From contig CAWJCS010000004.1 in the NCBI GenBank assembly GCA_963841435.1, positions 845,934 to 909,933 of the forward strand: a stretch of DNA of 64,000 bases, written 5' to 3'. The notes below the pieces were generated by a model. That model searched no databases. It was not told the DNA's origin and saw nothing but the letters and a program-made list of their open reading frames with translations. Origin of the DNA: an uncultured delta proteobacterium (GTDB lineage: Bacteria; Myxococcota_A; Polyangia; Polyangiales; Polyangiaceae). Position 1 is the stretch's first letter, and every line of letters starts with the position of its first letter. The position numbers were made by a program, and so were the translations under genes. Shown here piece after piece: positions 57,396 through 64,000 of the stretch.

Positions 57396-57847
57396 GACAG
57401 TCCCTCGCAGCATATTGATGTTGACGCTCCGCCGATCCCTCCTCGCCAGGAGCATGAAAGTGCGGATGAAAGCGCTGATTGCCGAATGTTATTGCGCAGA
57501 TTGGCGTTCGTATAACTCTAGATTAAACGTTCCGCGGTGGCTTTCAAGGTAAAGCGGGCGGCGGCACTCCCGCCGGTTATCCGCAGGAACATCTCTGGGG
57601 ACAACCTCGGCCACGGGCGGTGCCGACGCACGTTCATGGCGTCGTCGCATGAGCGATGACCCGCGGCGGATGTTGCAAAAGAAAACGGTTCGGTAACAGC
57701 CGCACTTGAAGCGTTAGATGAGGAAAAAATGGAGCCGGCAGAGGCGGCTTTTCCAGTGCTTACTTGTAACCCGTCGGAAGCAGTCGGCCGGAGTTATCCC
57801 GTCGAACGCCGGCGCGCTTTTGAGCGCGCTAATCGCTCCGTCGCCGC

Positions 57848-58599
57848 TCACGTTGGGGATGGTGCCGGTCCTCTTCGCGCCTCGTCGGCCTGCTCGAGGA
57901 GCAGGGTTACGAGGCTTTCGGCGTCGGTGGCGGGACGGGGAAAGGCGAGGCGGGCGAGCGATGCGCCGCGGCGGAAATCAACACCGGCGGGATCGACGCC
58001 GATGATCCGCCAGCCGGTACCGCGGCGGCCCAAGAGACGCGTCGCGATCAGCTGAACCGCGTCCGCGTGCTCGGCGTTCAGGCGGGCGAGCACGTCATCC
58101 TCGCAAGCGGCAAGGGCATCGGCAGCGGCGCGGTCGGCGAGCACGTCGGCGGCGGCAAGCCAGCGGGCGCGACCGAAGCCGCCGACGTAGTGCACCCGCT
58201 CGATGGTCATCCGGAAGACGTGGAAGTCGGCGAAGCCGGCGTAGAACGCGGCACCCGGGTGACGGGCGAGGAAGCGCCGGCGCAGGCGCGGCTCATCGTC
58301 GCGGGCGATGCGGCCGACGAGGGTGACCCGCGGCGCCGTCTGCGGATTGGCGTGGCGCGACGCTTCTTCGACCAAGAGCGAGGCGCGGGCGTCGGCGGCG
58401 AGGTTCTTCGTGTGATCGGAAAGATCGGAGAAGAGGAAGATCGGGCGCCGTCGAGATCGAGGGCGACGGTGACGAGCGAGGCGTAGGGGCGGCCGCCGTC
58501 GGCGGCAAGCGCCGTAGCCAGCGTCCCCGACCGCGCCCGCCGCAACAGCGCCGCCGGCTCCTTCTTCACGCCATCGTCTCCGATCGGCTTGAGGTTCAT
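57848..58599 (-). CDS. HugZ / pyridoxamine 5'-phosphate oxidase-like protein (frameshifted)
   Basis: GTLAT...PYASLV; SDLSDHTKNL..D.RASLL; RFLARHP.A.FY..F.DF; YVGGFGRA; GVDPAGVD. Confidence 0.85.
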
Positions 58600-58831
58600 T
58601 GGCGAGTTTCCCGCCGGAAAGGCTCAACCGCGGCGCCATCCGATCGGCAACGGCGGCGCAGGCCAGCCCAGACATAATGAGACTCATGAAGGCGAACGCA
58701 ACCTGTCCGGGAGCGTCGGCGAGCCGCGTTTCGAGCGGCCGGAGACATTCATGCGACGCGTGCGGACCCACGGGCGGCAGTGCTAGCATTTCGGGCTGTT
58801 TGGTTCGCGCAGCTGTAGCCGAATCCGGAGA

Positions 58832-59869
58832 AGTGGGTATCCCCTTCGCTCCCCCAATTCGGCTGATACTGTGGACGGATGGAGGTCGGAAAGCATCCGG
58901 TGGCGGGCGCTGACTACCCAAGCACCTTCCAGGAGCTGGACGAGTGGTTTCGGGGTGAGGTTGCCTGCCGCGCCTATATCCGCCGGCTCCGCTGGCCGGG
59001 GGGCTTTTGCTGCCCACACTGTGGAGTTGTCGGCGAGCCGTGGGAAATGGCCGGTGGCTGGCTGCGGTGCCGGGCATGTCGCAGGGAGACCTCGGTGACC
59101 GCCGGCACGATTTTCGAAGGGACCCGCAAGCCGCTGCGGACATGGTTCCTGGCGATGTGGTTCGTGACCAGCCAGAAGAACGGGGTGAGCGCCCTGGGGC
59201 TGCAGCGTGCCCTCGGCCTCGGCAGCTACGAGACCTCCTGGACCTGGCTGCACAAGCTGCGGCGGGCCATGGTGCGGCCCGGTCGCGACCGCCTTGTCGG
59301 CGAGATCGAGGCCGACGAAACCTATGTGGGCGGCCCGGAAGAAGGCAAGCGGGGCCGCGAGGTCGAGAGGAAAGCCATCGTCGCGGTGGCGGCTGAAAAG
59401 CGCGGGCGCGGTATCGGGCGCATCCGTCTTCGGCGCGTTAAGGACGTCTCCGCCGAGAGCCTGTTGGCCTTCCTGCAAGAAGCCGTGGAGCCGGGGGCGA
59501 CAATTCACACCGACGGCTGGAGAGGCTATGCCGGGCTGCCGGCCGCCGGCTACCGCCACCAGGTCACGGTGATAAGCGACGGCTCGGAACCGGCTCACGA
59601 GGTCATGCCACGCGTCCACAAAGTCGCCGCCTTGCTCAAACGGTGGTTGTTGGGATTCTCCAGGGCGGCATCCAGCACCAACATCTCGACTACTACCTCG
59701 ACGAATTCACTTTTCGCTTCAATCGACGTCGATCACAGGCCCGTGGACTCCTGTTCCACCGCCTCGTCCAGCAGGCGGCGGCCGTCGGACCGGCCCCCTA
59801 CCACTCCATCATCAAACCCAGCATTTCCGCCAATCTCGCCGAATTGGGGGAATGAAAGGGATACCCACT
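58832..59869 (+). mobile_element. IS1595-family insertion sequence with TIRs and 8-bp TSD
   Basis: Left end AGTGGGTATCCCCTTCGCTCCCCCAATTCGGC; right end revcomp AGTGGGTATCCCTTTCATTCCCCCAATTCGGC; TCCGGAGA duplicated at 58824-58831 and 59870-59877. Confidence 0.93.
58879..59855 (+). CDS. IS1595-family transposase (one frameshift near 59650)
   Basis: RWPGGFCCPHC..CRAC zinc ribbon; WLHKLRRAM; EADETYVGG; IHTDGWRGY; HLDYYLDEFTFRFNRR. Confidence 0.93.
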
Positions 59870-59886
59870 TCCGGAGAAAGAAGCCG

Positions 59887-61593
59887 ATGCCGGGAAAAGA
59901 ACCGTTACATAAGCCGTGGGGTGATCAGCCGAGCGGGGGCCGGCTGCTGGCGGACGCGCTGGTCGCACACGGCATCGACAGCCTCTACTGCGTGCCGGGG
60001 GAAAGCTTCCTGGGTCTGCTCGACGCGCTTTACGACCTGGAGGGTCGCATCCGCGTCGTCGCCTGCCGGCACGAGCACGGTGCGGCGATGATGGCCGAGG
60101 CGACCGGCAAGCTGCGCGGCCGGCCGGGCGTCTGCGCGGTCACCCGCGGCCCCGGCGCCTGCAACGCGGCGATCGGCGTGCATACCGCCTTCCAGGAACT
60201 CGACGCCGATGCTGCTTGCTCGTCGGTCAGGTGGCGCGCGCTCATCTCGGCCGCGAGGCGTTCCAGGAGGTCGATCTCGTGGCGATGTTCCGGCCGCTCG
60301 CCAAGCACGTCGAACAGGTCGAAGACGCATCGGCGCTGCCGGACGCGGTCGTCCGCGCCATGCACACGGCGGTCGTCCGGGCGGCCGGGGCCGGTCGTGC
60401 TGGCCGTTCCCGAGGACGTTTCTCGCGGCAGGCGGGACGCCGCCCCGGACCCGCTGCCGATCGGCGCCCGGGACGCCGGAGGCCGGGCTGATGGAGCGGC
60501 TGCACCGCATCCTCGGCGATGCCGAGCGGCCGATGATGCTTCTCGGCGGCGGCGGATGGAGCGAGCAGGCGCGCGCGCGGACATCGTCGCCTTCGCCGAC
60601 GGCAACGGGCTGCCGGTCGGCTCCGGCTTCCGTCGCAACGATCTGTTCCCGAACAACGATCCGCACTGGATCGGCGAACTCGGCATCGGCGCCAACCCGG
60701 CGCTGGTCGCGCGCGTCCGCGCCGCCGATCGTGCTGCTCGTCGTCGGCGCCCGGCTCGGCGAGGCGACCTCGCAGGGCTACACGCTGTTCGATGCGGACG
60801 AGCCGACCGGAGCTCGTTCACGTCCATCCCGATCCGGCGAAATCGGCCGGGTGTTCCCGGCCGCGCTGGCCATTGCCGCCGAGTCAGCGCGCTTCGCCGC
60901 CGCGGCGTCGCGGGCTCGCACCCTTCAAGGTCGAGCGGCTGGCGGGACGTGGACCGAGGCGGCGCGCCACGATTACGAGCGCGATCGGCGGGCGGACCCG
61001 ATGGCGGCGCGCGCTCGATCTGCGGCGCGGTGATGGCGACGCTCGATGCCGGCGCTGCCGGACGATGCGATCGTCACCGTCGATGCCGGCAACTTCTCCG
61101 GATGGCCGCAACGCTTCCTGCGCTTCGGCGGCGGCTCGCCGGCTGCTCGGCGCGACCAACGGCGCGATGGGCTACGGCGTGCCGGCGGCGATCGCGGCGA
61201 AGCCTTGCGCACCCCGGACGCAGCGTCGTCGCCTGCGTCGGCGACGGCGGCTTCGGGATGACCGGCCAGGAGCTGGCGACGGCGGTGCAGGCGGGCGCCG
61301 CGCCGATCGTGCTCGTCTTCGACAACGGCATGTACGGCACCATCCGCATGCATCAGGAGCGGCATTATCCGCGCCGGCCGCTCGCTACCACCCTTGGCAC
61401 CGCCGATTTTGCCGCCGTCGCAAGGGGCCTCGGCGCCGAAGCGGAGACGGTGACGAAGACGGCGGAGTTTGCTCCCGCCTTCGGCCGCGCGCTCGGCGCC
61501 GGCCGTGCCTCGGTCATTCTCCTCAAGTGCGATCCGCGGCAACTGTCGACGCGGCTGACGTTCGCCGACCTTGCCGCCGAAACGGGCCGCTGA
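59887..61593 (+). CDS. Thiamine pyrophosphate-dependent enzyme, acetolactate synthase-like (frameshifted)
   Basis: CVPGESFL; CRHEHGAAMMAEA; VTRGPGACNA; GAMGYGVPAA; GDGGFGMTGQE; DNGMYGTIRMHQE. Confidence 0.9.
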   Translation: MPGKEPLHKPWGDQPSGGRLLADALVAHGIDSLYCVPGESFLGLLDALYDLEGRIRVVACRHEHGAAMMAEATGKLRGRPGVCAVTRGPGACNAAIGVHTAFQELDADAACSSVRWRALISAARRSRRSISWRCSGRSPSTSNRSKTHRRCRTRSSAPCTRRSSGRPGPVVLAVPEDVSRGRRDAAPDPLPIGARDAGGRADGAAAPHPRRCRAADDASRRRRMERAGARADIVAFADGNGLPVGSGFRRNDLFPNNDPHWIGELGIGANPALVARVRAADRAARRRRPARRGDLAGLHAVRCGRADRSSFTSIPIRRNRPGVPGRAGHCRRVSALRRRGVAGSHPSRSSGWRDVDRGGAPRLRARSAGGPDGGARSICGAVMATLDAGAAGRCDRHRRCRQLLRMAATLPALRRRLAGCSARPTARWATACRRRSRRSLAHPGRSVVACVGDGGFGMTGQELATAVQAGAAPIVLVFDNGMYGTIRMHQERHYPRRPLATTLGTADFAAVARGLGAEAETVTKTAEFAPAFGRALGAGRASVILLKCDPRQLSTRLTFADLAAETGR

Positions 61594-61664
61594 TGCGGGT
61601 TGCCGGCGGCCCGCGGCTCGCCTAGCCTGATCATCCACGAAGGACATAGACAGCGGGACCGGCC

Positions 61665-62688
61665 ATGCCCGAGATGCACGCGATGGTGCTCGATGCCCCC
61701 GGCCGTCCGCTTGTACGGCGGCGGCTGCCGCGGCCGCAGGCAGGGCGGGGCGAGGTGCTGGTGCAAGTCGCCGCCTGCGGCGTCTGCCGCACCGATCTGC
61801 ACGTCGTCGACGGCGAGCTGCCGGAACCTCCGGCTGCCGGTCGTGCCGGGCCACGAGATCGTCGGCCGCGTCGACGCGCTGCGGCGCAGGCGTCGAGGGT
61901 TCCGCGCCGGGCGAGCGGGTGGGCATGCCCTGGCTCGGCTAGACCTGCGGCGTCTGCCCCTATTGCCGCGAGGGCACGCGAGAATCTCTGCGACCGTCCG
62001 CTCTTCACCGGCTACCACGATCGACGGCGGCTACGCCGAGCCACGTCGTCGCCGATGCGCGCTATGCTTTCCGCTCCGGCGACGGCTACGACGATGCCGA
62101 GGCGGCGCCGCTGTTGTGCGCCGGCCTGATCGGCTGGCGGTCGCTGGTGATGGCCGGCGACGGCCGGCGCCTCGGCCTCTACGGCTTCGGCGCCGCCGCC
62201 CACATCGTCGCCCAGGTCGCGCCGCCAGCAGGGGCGCGCAGGTCTATCGCCTTCACGCGCCCCGGCGACGGCGACGGCGCAGGCGTTCGCGCCTCGCGCT
62301 GGGCGCGCGTCTGGGCCGGCGGCTCGGACAGTCTGCCGCCCGAGCCGCTCGATGCCGCGATCCTGTTCGCGCCCGTCGGCGCGCTGGTGCCGGCCGCGCT
62401 CGCGCGCCGTGCGCAAGGGCGGCATCGTGGTCTGCGGCGGCATCCACATGAGCGACATCCCGTCGTTCCCCTACGATCTGCTCTGGGGGAGGAGCGCAGA
62501 TCGTCTCGGTCGCCAATCTGACGCGGCAGGACGGCGTGGCGTTCCTGGCGCTTGCGCCGGCGATCCCCGTCCGTACCGAGGTGGAAACCCTGCCGCTCGC
62601 CCGCGCCAACGAAGCCCTCGATCGCCTGCGCGCCGGCCGGCTGACCGGCGCCCTCGTTCTCGTTCCGGCAGGCGGAGGCCGGACATGA
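61665..62688 (+). CDS. Zinc-dependent alcohol dehydrogenase family protein (frameshifted)
   Basis: CGVCRTDLH; PGHEIVG; LCAGLIGWR; GLYGFGAAAH; VCGGIHMSDIP. Confidence 0.9.
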
Positions 62689-63345
62689 CCGGAAAACGTT
62701 GGCGCTGACCGATGCGCTCTACGGTTATCTGCTCGACGTGTCCTTGCGCGAGGCGCCGATCCTCGCCCGGCTGCGCGAGGAGACCGCCGCACTGCCCGAG
62801 GCCGGAATGCAGATCGCGGCCGAGCAGGGGAGTCATGGCGCTACTCGTCCGCCTCACCGGCGCAAGGCGGATTATCGAGGTCGGCACGTTCACCGGCTAC
62901 AGCTCCCTCGTCATGGCGCTGGCGTTGCCGGAGGGCGGCCACATCCTCACCTGCGATGCGAGCGAGGAGTGGACGGCGATCGCCCGCCGCTACTGGGCGG
63001 AGGCGGGTGTCGCCGACAAGGTGGCGCTACGGCTGGCTCCGGCGCTCGTCAGCCTCGACGCAGCTGGCGGCGGGCGAGGCCGGCTCCTGGGACATGGTCT
63101 TCCTTGATGCCGACAAGGAGAACTACACGGGCTATTACGAGCGTGCGCTTGCTCTGCTGCGCGCAGGCGGCCTGCTTCTCGCCGACAATACGCTGTGGGA
63201 CGGCCGCGTCATCGATGCCGAGGATCGGTCGCCCACGACCGAGGGCATCCGCGCCTTCAACCGAGTCTTGGCGAACGACGCGCGGATCGATCTCAGCCTG
63301 GTGCCGATCGGCGACGGCCTGACCCTCGCCCGCAACCAGCGGTGA
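62685..63345 (+). CDS. Class I SAM-dependent O-methyltransferase, caffeoyl-CoA type (frameshifted)
   Basis: IIEVGTFTGYS; FLDADKENY..YYE; LADNTLWDG; VPIGDGLTL. Confidence 0.9.
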
Positions 63346-63353
63346 CCGCGGCA

Positions 63354-63985
63354 CTAGTCTCCCTCGAAGCGGACGGCCTCGGCCGCCGCCGCCAGCCGCT
63401 CGGCCGACCACGGCTGCGGCTGCGGCGGAGCCGCGCCGGCAACGACGGTGAGGCCGGTTCCGGGCTCCGTCATTTCGACCGAAGCCTCGGGCGTGACCAC
63501 GACAACGCTGGTGCCGGAGAGGAATGCGACTCGACCGAGGTCGCCTCGGCGATGCGGCCCCAGACTCGGTGCCGCGGACGCCGAGAACGGCCGACGGCGT
63601 CTCGATGGTAAGGCGGTCGGGAGCGAGCTTCGCGATCGCCCCGCTCGTCGCCAGGAAGACACCGCCGACCGCTTTCAGGACGGCGAGGCCCTCGCTTCGA
63701 CCTCGCCGTAAATGTCGATCGTCATGAAGCTGTTCTCGCCGAGGGTGAGGGTCCCGCCGTCGTTGAACCGGACCTGCAGGCGGGCCCTTCGGCCGGCTGC
63801 AGTTCGTCGCCGACGAGGATCGTCGATCCGACATAAAGCGACCGCGCGAAGCCCGTCGGCATCGTCGCCGTGGCCAACCCCTGCAGGCGGGTGACGGTGC
63901 CGCATTGTTCGATGCGGGGCCGCTGCCGGCCGGAACGGCCAGCACGAAGAGGAGCACGGTCAAAGGCGGTGCATCGAGACCTCAT
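63354..63985 (-). CDS. FecR-domain protein (frameshifted)
   Basis: RLQVRFNDGGTLTLGENS; IETPSAVLGVRGT. Confidence 0.7.
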
Positions 63986-64000
63986 CTCCGAAGTGGAAGC

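Noticed and set aside
58879-61593. 904-aa ORF appearing as a transposase-TPP enzyme fusion
   Set aside because: Produced by a frameshift near 59650; the true transposase C-terminus is in another frame and stops in the right TIR

Overview
High-GC alphaproteobacterial chromosomal window (Rhodospirillales-like by gene content and order; genus not determinable here). Most long genes, including essential ones (polA, dnaX, pdh, lpdA, kdsB), are broken by scattered 1-nt frameshifts, which points to uncorrected long-read indels rather than pseudogenes, so many boundaries are approximate. Content is mostly housekeeping: ctpA, GntP permease, lexA-moeA-moaC, arginyl-transferase, motAB, pdhABC-lpdA-lipA, cinA, tRNA-Phe, polA, dnaX, SRP RNA, nudC, pheA, kdsB, cytochrome c, hisN, yejABEF, uppP, gltBD and GTP-PEPCK. 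Accessory pieces: a stand-alone PD-(D/E)xK nuclease downstream of tRNA-Phe, an RHH plus small coiled-coil pair with a palindromic operator, a DUF4160/DUF2442 pair, an IS1595-family element with TIRs and an 8-bp TSD, and an unresolved ~1.5 kb gene. The most unusual signal is an intergenic element at ~20150-20440: a sigma70-like promoter overlapped by a perfect alphaproteobacterial LexA box points into a helically phased array of GTCGTCAT octamers bounded by an IHF-like site, just upstream of tRNA-Phe, with no recognisable gene.
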